Assembly: GCA_043228905.1 (NCBI GenBank)
Contig: JBHGNT010000013.1
Location: 9,734,001-9,798,000, forward strand
DNA length: 64,000 bases
Origin: Azolla caroliniana
Taxonomy: Eukaryota > Plantae > Polypodiophyta
Direction: 5' to 3'
The translations under genes were made by a program, and so were the position numbers. The notes under the pieces were generated by a model. The model saw only the letters and a program-made list of their open reading frames with translations, did not search any database and was not told the DNA's origin. Every line of letters begins with the position of its first letter. Within the stretch, counting starts at the first letter, position 1. Shown here piece by piece: positions 36,330 through 47,975 of the stretch.

Positions 36330-39300
36330 ATGGACAGAGGGATGGCAAGCTAATTCCCGATGGAGAAACTCGACAGGAATAACTACACATCTTGGTCTTA
36401 CAAGATGCACCATTGTCTGCCTGGACACAGATATTGGAGCTATGTTGAGGGAGCGAATGAAGTAGTGTTGGATCCGGCACACAAGGACTTCCCGGCATGG
36501 GAACAACGAGCGAGCAGAGTGTTGTACTATCTTGTGTCATGTGTGCACGACCAGATGCTCGACTACATCAAGGAAAATTTGAAGAAGATTTTCGCGGCAA
36601 GCACAACAGCTCGAAAGTTGCAGCTCCGACAAGAGCTCAACACTATCCAACAGCGGGACATGTCGGTTACCAACTACACCACCAAAATAAAGGAGATTTG
36701 TGATGCGTTGGGGTCCATCAACATGATGGTGGATGAAGACGAAATGGTCCAGATCTACCTCGGTGGTCTAACACAATTGTATGGGCCAATCCGGATGACA
36801 ATTTGCACTCGGGAGAAACTGTCGTCCTTCTTTGACTTACAATCGATGCTGATGGTTGAAGAAAACCACGCAAGTGGGTTGAGAACCACTCAATTGGATA
36901 ACCACATGTTGTACATGGAGGCGGATTGGCCCCGTGGGTGTGGTGAACGATGTGGGTCGGCACGCAATAACAGCGGCCGACAAGAGTAGAATCAGAGGCA
37001 CTGAGATAGTGCCAACAGTAGTTTCGGACCTTCCACAAGTAGGGGGAGTTAAAGTGGCGCTGGAAATCAACAATTGAAAGCCGATACATAATGTTGGTAT
37101 TGTGGCAACAAAGGCCACTGAGAAAGCAAGTGTTGGAAGAAGTGCACCGATTCCGATAAATCTGGATCCGGTAAGGCCGGACGGGGTATTGGCAGAGATC
37201 GCACTATGTAGAAGGATCCGGAACTGGAAAGTCCAAAAAATGGCCAACCTTTGTGATGAAACACAAGGCGAACTCATTGAAGAAGACCACTTCCGGATCG
37301 GAGGACGTGTGGTATGTTAATTCCGGAGCATCCAACCATATGACGAGCCACGAAGAGTGGTTCTCATATCTAGAAAACCGAAACAATCAGGAGTTGTCGA
37401 AACCGGAGACGACACTCCTCACCCGATAGTGCATGTCGGACAAGTTCCCTTGAGTCATGTTCAACAAACGAAGCTTATGAACGTGCTTCACATCCCGACA
37501 ATCACAAAGAGCCTGGTGTTGGTCAGATAGATCGTCAACCAGGGGATGCAGGTGTGGTTTATGCACCTCGGGTGCTTCAACGAGGAAGAAGGCCAGATAA
37601 TCATGCAAGGGCGCCAGGACGGGAGGGTGTTCATCCTCAACACTAATGATGTTGGCACCACTTCGAACAAAAGAATAGAAGCTCGAGTCGGATATCGACT
37701 TGTGGCATAAGCGAGTTGACCATGTCAACTACCAGTGACTTCAAGATCTGCAATCGAAATAGGTTGTTTTCAGATTGCCGAAATTTAATGGTCGGAAGGC
37801 ACAATTTTGTGAAGCTTGCTCACTCAGGAAGCAACACCAGCTTCTGTTTCCCACCGAAAGAAACCGGAGCCGTAACAAGCTCGACTTGATACATTCAGAT
37901 GTATGGGGACCGACGCAGAACGTTAGTCTCGGTGGGAGCCGATATTTCGTCTCCTTCATCGACGACTATGTGCATAGCCTATGTGCAGGTATTCGGTAGC
38001 ATAGCCTATGTGCACGTACCAGATGAGAAGCGGAGAAAGTTGGACCCGAAGTCGGAGAAATGCATAGTAGTAGTCGGCTACTCTCACGAGCAGAAGGGGT
38101 ATAAGTGTTACAACCCATGGATAAAGACAGTTCGAGTGAGTTGAGATGTTGAATTTGATGAGTCGGCATCCTGGTACTCTCTACCGACTCCAACCCTATT
38201 CCAGAAGATGAGGATAGTGAGCCCGGATCGATCTGGGCTGAAGATGAAGAAGGATTCGACACTCTAAATGAAAGTCTAATCTCATTTTGGCTGAGAGGGC
38301 CGAAGGAGCGACTCAGTCGGAACGACCAGTCAGATGAAGAGTAGGCGAGTAGTGGACACTCAGTCGTGTTGTCCCCGTGCAAGGAACCGAGGTGACGGTT
38401 CACGCGCAAAGAGAAGGGGAAGAAGAAGATGTCAGAATACGAGACCAGAAGAGATGAGTCGGATTGCAATGAATCCGACTCCGGATAGAACGAAGATGGA
38501 CCTTCAGAGACAAAGTTCGAGTAAGACAAGAGGGCTCTTAAATCGGCTAAGGAGAAGTTACGTTGTTTGACCCGCCAAAAGAACCCCGTAAAACGGTATG
38601 AGTATAATGAGTACATGGTGCATCACTATGCTTACATGACGAAAGTGGTGGAAGTGTGAGCCAGAGAGCTACGCAGAAGCGGCCAAGGACACACATTGGC
38701 GTGCCACTATGGAGGAAGAGATGTGGGTACTCGATGCCAACAACACCAGGGAACGGGTTGACCCTCGTCAACATTGCAACCCGATCAGTTGCAAGTGGGT
38801 GTACAAGGTAGAGTACAATGTCGATGGTTCAGTCAACTAGTACAAGACCCAGTTAGTGGCTAAAGGATATGCATAAACCCACGGAATCGACTACGACCAG
38901 ACCTTAGCTCTGGTAGCGAAGATGACGACAGTTCGTGTGGAACTAGCAGTTGTTGCGACAAGGGGTGCATCTTCACCAGATGGATGTGAAGAATGTGTTT
39001 CTTCAAGGCGATCTTGAAGAACAAGTCTACATGATCCAACCCCCCAGGTTTTAGTTGGAGGTGAACAAGTCGGTAGTATGCCGACTCAAGAAGTCACTTT
39101 ACGGCCTAAAGCAAGCCCCTCGTGCTTGGAATTCGAAGATAACGCACCAGTTGTGTAAGATGGGGTTTACTTCCTCGAAGTCGAACTCTTCATTGTCCAT
39201 CCAGAGAGGTCTGGAAGGTTTGATATGTATCCTGCAATATGTGGACGATCTAGTCATTACCGAACCTTGACTTGTTGAAATTGATTGAGTGAAGTCCCAG

Positions 39301-40180
39301 TTGTCGAACGCATTCGAAATGAAACACTTGGGAGACCTTTATTACTTCCTCGAGATCGAACTGATCCACAACCCCGACGACATATTGCTATCTCAACGAC
39401 ACTATTTGTTGAATATGTTGTAAACATTCAGCATGACAGATTGCCGACCAGTGTGGACACCCCTGGACCAGAACCTTAAACTACATCCTGACTCCGGACC
39501 AACCTACAACGAGAAATAGTTCCGACAAATTGTTGGAAGCCTCATCTATCTCACTATCACTCGACCCGACATCAGCTATCCGGTCGGGATGATAAGTTAG
39601 TTTATGCAGAAGCCAACCGTGGAGCACCTTCAGTGTGCATACCGAATACTGAGGTATGTTAGCGGCACTAACGACCAGGGATTGTTATACCGATACGGTA
39701 TAACCAAAAAGCTAGTCGGATATATAGATGTCGACTAGGCCGGTGATGCGTCGGATCGTCGGTCCACTTCCGGTTACATGTTTTCTCTAGGTAGCGCGGT
39801 TGTTATGTGGAGTAGCAAAAAGCAGCCGAGAGTGACTCTATTGAGCATTGAGGCTGAGTATCGGGGCACTACCTGTGAAGCCATATGGCTTCTGCAGCTG
39901 TTGCAAGACCTCCGGGTCGAAGTACCGACTCCGATCCCGATCTATTGTGACAACATGAGTAGCATGCAGCTCGCCAAAAACCCTATGGTCCATGCTCTGA
40001 CGAAGCACATAGAACTGCATTACCACTTCGTGCGCGAGCTTGTCCTCATCGGTGAAGTCGAACTTCGGTATGTTCGGACGGATCAGTAGGTTGCCGACAT
40101 CTTCACCAAGACACTCAGAACCACATCATTTTTTGGCGATGCTTGGACTACAACATCTCGACATGCCACAGTTGAGGGGG
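36330..40180 (+). pseudogene. Copia gag-pol, decayed, integrase core largely deleted
   Basis: gag MEKLDRNNYTSWSYKM...RKLQLRQEL. Zinc knuckle CWYCGNKGH. Integrase LDLIHSDVWGP..RYFVSFIDDY jumps to VFGSIAYVHVPDEKRRKLDPKS. RT CRLKKSLYGLKQAPRAW and YVDDL. RNaseH WSSKKQ...IYCDNMS...TKHIELHYHFVRE. Confidence 0.92.
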
Positions 40181-40589
40181 TGAACCGGTACTGATACGGG
40201 GAGAACTGGAATTGGGAAAACCGGTAATGGCACCGGACAAGCAACCAGAGAGAAGGAAACAACCGCAACAAGGGGAGACAAGAGGAAAAAGGGAGCCGAT
40301 TCAATTGAGGAAGTCAGCACATTCGAACAAGTCGGAACAAGCGGCGATGACAGTAGAGACAAGAAGAAAGAGCCGATAGAATGAGAAGGCCAAGACTTAG
40401 ACATGGTCTGACGTGGTGAAAGGCCTGAATGTTAAAGACAAATTGGAGACATCCAATTCGGACAAGAGCTAGAACAAATCGGAGGTACACAATTCGGAAG
40501 AGGAGTTCGATTTGGAGGATCTGAATCAATAGAAAGCCAAACGAATGAGGAGGCAATGGAAGTTGACACTGACACGGAGGAACCGACGG

Positions 40590-41332
40590 TGTCGCAGAAA
40601 TATGCGCGTGCGTGTCGAATAGGACGTGACCATAGGGGTCTTGGACTAGGGTGTAAGAGGAGGGAGAGAAGCTTGGGAGTTAAACTGAGAAGGAAGAGAA
40701 AGATTAAGATTCAAGAGAATAAGATCTAAACAAAACAAGATACATTATGGAAAACACCACACCAATTACAACCGTGGTCGTGTAGGCCGAATGTAAACCC
40801 TCTAGATGAAACCCTAACCGAATAGGGGAAAAGAAGAAGAAGAAGAAGAAGAAGACGACAAATGAAACCCCTAAAACGAGATCCTAAAACCCAAAATTCC
40901 AAAACCCTAATGGCAACCCAAAGAAACCCAAAAAGTGGAAGTCCCTCCTCACTCAAAATAGGCAACACCCTCACAAGAGACCCCTCACTCCCTTTTATAG
41001 TAGTAAGGGGTGAGGCACATTACAAAAGGAGAGGTCAAATCCCCTTCTTTCAATGGGGAATATTTGGCCTTGATCTTAAATCGGTGGGCCTTTAACTCTC
41101 TCTCCTCTCACATTCACACTCAATGCCCACTACTCCCTACACCCATTCTTCATGTACTTTCCTCTAGTCTACAAAGTGCATATCACATTTATACCCCACA
41201 CTTTACTTGTCCTTCTTACATTTGTATATTTATTCATATGTTACAATTTTCCTAAGTATATGTGCAATGTTGCACATCTCGCTTTATTCGTTCCGCTCGG
41301 GTTTTCTCACCATGGCCAAAAACCTCACGACA
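40590..41332 (-). mobile_element. Element G: solo LTR (743 bp) of the Trp-primed gypsy group
   Basis: Ends tgtcgca...cacgaca, interior similar to the LTR of B, flanked by ACGG on both sides (40586-40589 and 41333-41336). Confidence 0.9.
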
Positions 41333-41976
41333 ACGGATCGAGAAGCGTTGAAGTTGCAACATCGAAAGAGTTGAGATGGGCATGTTGAGCAGACAAGCTG
41401 ACCAAGAAGGTCGAGAGGTGCGGAACCGGATGGGCGGAGGAGCGCGAGCAAGGTGGGAAGATGCCAGGAGGAGTCGGAGGAAAGGACCGGCCGACACTGA
41501 CACCATGATCTGACCTCAAGTTGAGCTTGAGGGGGCGTGTTGAGCGGACAAGCTCAACCAAATCCGGATCGGATGAATAAGCCAGAGCCGGATCAATATC
41601 CGGAAAGGAGAACCGGGTAGGTATGCGGAATGGAGAACTGGATCGGATTGTAACCGGTAGGCCGTTAGAGGCCTACAGTCCTAGCCTAGTATGTAGGTAT
41701 ATTTCTTGAAGTTAGTGTCAGTCGCTCATATGAGCATTGAAGTACATGTCAGTACTTCTGTCACTCCTTTTAAGTACTTGTATAAAAAAGTGTTTTGTAG
41801 GACATTGTATGCACAAAGGATTATTATTTTGAATAGATTTTTATTGTTCTACTCTCTTTGTCTCTCCCGCATACACTCTTTATGTGACTAAGCTTTCCAT
41901 TAAACCTGTGTATATTCTCTGTTGCTATCCGGTGAAGCAGGTTTCATTTACAAGCTTCCACACACTACTTTTTACA

Positions 41977-42032
41977 AGAAGAAACAGTAGATTGACAGAG
42001 ATGGAAGCTTCAATGGAAGTTCTTTGTTACTA

Positions 42033-42074
<42 letters not shown>

Positions 42075-45000
42075 AGACTCAAGATACAAGAGATATCTTT
42101 ATTATAACTTTAGGTTAGGGCTTATATACTCAAGCCCTAACTACTGGACATGTTCACACTCGTAAGGATACAAGATTGGAGGAGTCAGCCTTTTATGCTA
42201 ACAAACTCCCTCGTAAAAGGACCACTCTTTTTACATACAATGGTGAGAGGTTATCTCCCCCGTAAACCTTGATTACAATTTAATCTAGAGTTATAATAAC
42301 AAGTCAATCGGCATCTAGCCAAGTCAACAAGGATACAATCAATATTCTGCCTAACCTCCTTCTTTGTATTCGGCTTTCTTCGGCCCGATCATATGTCGTA
42401 GTCCCATCTTTGTCCTTAGTGCTCTAAAGCGTTAATCTAGGAGTGGTTTCGTTTGGCAATCAACGATGTTCACCTCCGTGCCAATCTTTTTGACTTCGAG
42501 CTTCTTCTCCATTACTAGCTCCTAGATGTGATGATACCCCAACTCAATATGCTTTGCCTTTGCATGATAGACAAGATTATTGATGAGGTGTATCGCACTC
42601 TGAGAGTCACAGTAGATGGTCATCATTGGTCAGTCGATTTGGTTTGTTGCCGAGAAGTCGGCAGTCAATCGATGTAGCCAGATCATTTCCTTCGTTGCCT
42701 CTGATGCTGCTATGTACTCTGCTTCTGTGGTAGACAGAGTCGTGCACTCCTGGAGCTTTGACCTCCACTATATGGCACCACCATAGGTGAAAATGTAGCC
42801 TGATGTCGACTTCCGATTATGTGAATTCCTAGTTTAGCCTTGGACTTCGGTCGGGTTTTCTCGATCTGAAAGTCTGATGTACATCTTCGGTCCCTCTTAG
42901 GTACCTAAAGATGTGCTTGACGGCCTCCTAATGCTTCCATTCTGGGTTTGACATGTACTGGCTGACGACCCCTACGATATATGCAAGGTCGGGTGGGGTC
43001 GCCACCATCTCGTACATGATGTTTCCTACGGTCGATGCATAGGGTATCTTTCCATTGAGCTCTTGTTCTTGATCCATTGAAGGAAAGTCTCTGTCTGATA
43101 GTCGGATCAACGTCGAAAGTGGTGTTGGTGTTGGCTTCACGTTCTCCATATTGAATCGCCTCAGCACCTTTCGAATGTAGTCGGATTTGGAGAGTCAGAG
43201 AGTTCTTGTCGTCTGATTTCGCTTGATCCTCATGCCCAATATGTTTCGGGCTTGTCTGAGCTCCTTGATCGTGAACTTTTCGTGAAGGCTCCGCTTTAGC
43301 TTTGCGATTTTGGTTTGATTGCTCCCTACAATCAACGTATAGGATCAGATAGATCCAGGACTCGTCGACCAGTTACCGAGTATAGAAACATGGGTCAAAG
43401 TCAGACCGGTTATAGCCAAGTATTGGATGTAGGAGTCAAACTTTTGGTACCACATCCTCGATGCTTGTTTTAAGCCATAAAGCCTTTTTTTCAATTGACA
43501 TACGCGGTGACTTTCCTCCCCTGTCACCGTGAAGCCTGTCGGTTGAGACATGTAAATGTCTTCTTCCAAATCTCCGTCTTTACGTCCATTTGCTCGAGCT
43601 CTAGGTCTTCTGTTGCCAAGACCCCTAGTAGGAGCCGAAGGGTGGTCATCTTGACTATGGGTGAGAATATATTGTCGTAGTCGACCCCATGCTCCTATTT
43701 CAACCCCTTTGCGACGAGGTGGGCTTTGTATTTGGGTTTCTCAGAGTTAGATACATATTTGTACTTGAAGATCCATTTGCAGGGTAGCAGCTTTCTTCTT
43801 ATTGGTAGTTCGACCAACACCCATGTTTTATTATGTTGAATCGAGTCCATCTCCGACTGCATAGCTTGTAGCCATGTATTGGATTTCGGTGCGGCTATAG
43901 CTTCTTCGTATGTGCTTGGTTTGCATGCATCGGTGTAGTTGACGTAGTTGAGGTCCGGTTGATAGAACTTTGTTGGCCTTCGAACTCATCTGGATCTCCT
44001 AGGTGCCGAAGTGATTGGTTTGTATCCTTCGATCGGCTCTATTGGTCGATCTGTATTTGTTGAACTATTGATGTCAGGAGTCCTGTTGGATGAGTCACCC
44101 CCTGTGGAGGGATTTCGGTGATGTCACGTCATCCTCCCCTTCATTGGGATCGATTGACATGGCAGCTTTTGCCTTGGACATATTGTCTTTGTTAGTTCTT
44201 GTGAATCGAGTAGTCGACCCATTTTTTACTAGTGAACCTCTTGTCGATTCGAGGTCGGCAAGGGTGGTGTTGGCTCGGTCAATTTCAATTGTTTGTCGAA
44301 TCGTTGATTCGGCCCGGTGGGTCGGTCTTCCTACAACGTCTCTGTCAATTTCAAAAGAGACCTTTTTGCCCACTATTTTCTGTTGGTTCCACTCAGAGAG
44401 AATAGAGTCTTCATTGAAGACTACATCACTCCTCCGAATCAATTTCTGGTTCTCTAGGTCCCATAGCCTATAGCCGAATTCCCCATCAGTTCCATAACTA
44501 AGAAATATGTGTATTGTTGCATGGGGTGCCAACTTGGTCCTTTTCTCCCTGGGATAAATGCATAGGCTTCACATCCGAATATATGAAGTCTGTCATAGGT
44601 CAATTGTTTGCCTGACCATAGTGCATGTGGCACTTCCAGCCTGATTTCTTTTGATGGCGATAGATTTATTAGGTAAATTGCCATCTACAATGCTTCGGCT
44701 CAAAACTCCACCTTCAGTTCAATTTGTTGGAGCATTGTCATCACCCTCTCTTGGATTGTTCGGTTGATCCGTTCTGCCACTCCATTGTGCATGGGTGTGT
44801 ATGGAACGGTCTTCTGATGTCAAATCCTTTTGTCGGATAGGTACTGTTTGAAGGCTTTAGAGGTGTAGTCACCACCATTGTTGGATCGTGTTGTCTTCAC
44901 TTTGTATCCCGAATGGTTCTCAACTTCAGCTATTCACCGAGTGAAAACCTCGAGCGCTTTGTCTTTCGACCTAATTGAGTAGGCCCAGACCTTCTGTGTA

Positions 45001-45600
45001 CAATCATCTACAAATGTGATGAAGTACGGGGAGCCACCTAATGATCTCTCAAGAATAGACCCACATATATCTGTGTGAACGAGCTCTAGGGGTTGTCGTA
45101 TCATCTCATAGTGGAGAGAGTGCTGACAACGTGTCTGTTTCCCATATTGACAATGCTCACAAAAGTTTGTCTTTGCTTGGAGTTTCGGAATGTAGCCAAC
45201 CACCATCAGCCGATCGAGTCCGGCTTGAGACATGTGGCCGAGTTGGCCATGCCATAGATTTGGGTCGGTCTTTTCATCTATGTTCACGGCCCCTTCTAGA
45301 TTGATCGTCATCATTGGACACAAGTTATTGTACTTGTGTCCATGTCCAATCTTTAGATTTCCTCGGCTGATCATCCATGTCAACTCGCTCAGAGTCGTTC
45401 TATACTCGTATTCGGCTAGCATGCCGATGGAGATCAGACTCCTTTTCAATGTGGGTACATGCCAAACTTGGTGCAAGACTATTGTTTTGCCATTGGACAA
45501 TTGAATTGGTACTTCGCCAATTCCTGCAATTCTACACTCTTGCCTATTGAATCACAATGTGGACTCTCCATTGCAAGGTTGATCAAAACAATGCTTGAAC
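41977..45600 (-). mobile_element. Decayed Ty1/copia (Tnt1/Tork-like) pol with probable partial 3' LTR (41977-42203)
   Basis: Pre-integrase LWHGQLGHMS and CEHCQYGKQ. Integrase LELVHTDICG..YFITFVDDC and GEFGYRLWD..RRSDVVFNE. RT CQLKKRLYGLKQASRMWY and IPYASTVG. RNaseH remnants at 42400-42840. gagggagtt-TGTTAG on the minus strand at 42203 suggests the PPT/LTR junction. gag is missing. Confidence 0.85.
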
Positions 45601-46221
45601 ATCTAGAGTCTCTACTTCAATGTCATATGTAATGTCTCCCTTTTAGGTCCATTGATCATATTCGACCTTCGAGGTTCATAATAAAATCTCTTTCTCAAAT
45701 GAGAACCCTACTTTTTTTATAGGGGAGAAGAACACTAGGAGAAAGAAGAATACAATATAAGGCTAGTTATGAATAGGTAGAAAGAGAAGTAAGAAATAAA
45801 ACTTGTGAATCCCACGTGTTTAGTGTATTTAATCAATATTTAGATTGTAAGAAAGAGAATTTTGATGATAAACTCATGAATCCCACGAATATATTAGATT
45901 GATCAATCCTTGTAAAATAATCAACCAAATCATACATCTTTCTCTCCTCCTTATATAAGGATGGAAGAGGCTAAGGATAGCGTCATGCTTTTTCTAAAGT
46001 GTTCATGCACACTAAATGTGCATGAGTTGCTTTTTACACTATGCTTTTATTTCCTAAATATAGTGCTCATGCTCGTTAGATGTGCACAAGTAATTTTTTA
46101 TTGGTGTACATTTTTCTTATAAATAAAGTATTCACACATTCTAAAAATGTATGACTTACCTTTTAATAAAGGTAGGCGTAAATAAAGGTCTTATATACAT
46201 TAAATCTATATTTAAAACACA

Positions 46222-46295
46222 TAGGATAAGTTAGTACAATGGTAAGGTTGGGGTTTGTTTATGTGGAGGTATAAGGTTCGAACCTTGTACTATGC
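46222..46295 (+). other. Degenerate tRNA-like or SINE-head sequence with Pol III A and B boxes
   Basis: A-box-like tagtacaatgg (46232) and a B box in a T-arm hairpin aagGTTCGAACctt (46273-46286). No credible anticodon arm. Confidence 0.4.
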
Positions 46296-46686
46296 ATGTA
46301 ATAATCTTTTCTTCTATTTATAAATTTGTCTCTTCATCCGGTGAGAGACTCTCACTGACCTTCTTTATCCGGCTCTTGCCAGTTCTGCTTGATCCGGTTC
46401 TTACCGGGTCTCCTTACTGGGTCCTCCTTGTCGGTTCCTCCTTCATCCAGTTCTCATCGGTTCTCCTTACCGGTGTCGCGAAAATACGACGAGGATACGT
46501 GAACTTGAGGCGGGACACCGGGGCCTCCGACTAGAGGATATCACATTCGTGCGTTTATATTTTTTAACAATTAATGGAAAGAAGAAATTTAATAATTTTT
46601 TCATTAGCAAAGGAAAAGAAATTACAATAAGTCCCAAGATTGGGATTCAGAAGTTTAGGTTTTTACTAAGTTTAATAGAAAAGAAA

Positions 46687-46900
46687 AATTAGGGGTTTTT
46701 GAGAGATATGGCTTCCATAGGGAAAATTAGGGTTTTTAGTGTTATGGCTTCCGTAGGGAAAATTAGGGTTTTTGAGTGTTATGGCTTCCGTAGGGAAAAT
46801 TAGGGTTTTTGAGTGATATGGCTTCCGTAGGGAAAATTAGGGCTTTTTAATGTTATGGCTTCCGTAGGGAAAATAGGGTTTATGAGAGTTATGGCTTCCA
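46687..46900. repeat. ~37-bp tandem array in the LTR of F (second copy ~50187-50402)
   Basis: About six copies of ttagggtttttgagtgttatggcttccgtagggaaaa. Confidence 0.9.
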
Positions 46901-47975
46901 TAAGATAAGGGAGCTGAGAAGGACAAGAAAAATAATATGGAGAGAGGATGAGTGTAGGAAAAAAATGGAATTTTATATGGAGTTCTCCGTTGATCATAGC
47001 CTTCAATGTTACTTTGCATGCCCACTTTTAGTTGTATGGCCTCTACTTTTAGTTGCATGCCTTTTTCTTTTAGTTGCATGCGACCGTCCACATGACCTTT
47101 ACTTTAGTTTTCTTTACTTTACTTTAATTTGCCGCATGATCCAATCATTCGTCCGTCTTGATTGTTGCCCATCCAATCCGTCCGGTCCGCCGAATCTTGG
47201 TTTTCGGCTCCATTTGATTGCCGGTTTCACCGGTTCTGGTTTGCTTACCGACCGGTTTTGGTTTGCTTACCAATCGGTTCCAATTTGGTTTCCGGCTTAC
47301 CGGCCGGTTCCGGTTTGCTTTCCGACCGGTTCCGGTTTGCTTACCGGCCAATTCTGGTTGCTTAACGATCGATTCCAATTTGGTTTTCGGCTTACCGACC
47401 AGTTCCGATTTGCTTTCCGACCGGTTTCAATTTGCTTACCGATCGATTCCAATTTGGTTTTCGGCTTACCAGCCGGTTTCAAATTGATTTCCAACCAGTT
47501 CCGGTTTGCTTTCCGACCGGTTCCAATTTCCTTACCGGCCGGTTTCGATTTGCTTACCAACCGGTTCCATTTTATTGTCAGTCGGTTTTTGGGAACTTTG
47601 CCACATTCATCTGTCTAGACAAAGTGGCCAAAGTGCTCTTAGCACAAATGAAAAATAAGGGATCTCAATGTGCTTATATAGCCAGAGCCTTAAGTTTCCT
47701 ATCTATATGGGATAAATCATAGTTCTATTTTCCCTATCTTCTCAAACTTCATGTTCTCATAATTTGATATGTAATTGTCCATTTTGTATCTAGTAAAATG
47801 CGTTTTGAAGCTCTTGAGTACATCCTTCTTCCTATAACAAGCTACTAATCTAATCTAAAATAATTATTTCATTATTTTTTTACATAGTGTGTGAAGATTC
47901 ACACGACATTCGCCCCCACCAAACCTGCACATCCACTTGTATGTGCCAATTTTGGTGAGGCTCCACTTTTGTTTA

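Larger units (their letters stand above)
30419..41976 (+). mobile_element. Ty1/copia element (partial 5' LTR 30419-30540, Met PBS 30541-30552, 3' LTR 41538-41976) hosting B and solo LTR G
   Basis: 30419-30540 matches the end of the LTR at 41538-41976 (...cacactactttttaca). PBS TGGTATCAGAGC. PPT ttgagggggcg precedes TGTTGAG at 41538. Confidence 0.9.

Noticed and set aside
46687-46900. Interstitial telomere array
   Set aside because: TTAGGG occurs once per 37-bp unit rather than as contiguous TTTAGGG repeats, and the array is part of an LTR present twice.
46965-47722. 217-aa and neighbouring ORFs in the F LTR
   Set aside because: They arise from a stop-poor minisatellite and are not preserved in the second LTR.
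10882-47950. Recurring peptide WH(V/I/M)P(V/E)DVR(L/F)GGGGCRE in several ORFs, suggesting a conserved protein motif
   Set aside because: It is the translation of the conserved nucleotide PPT/LTR junction, and different elements read it in different frames.
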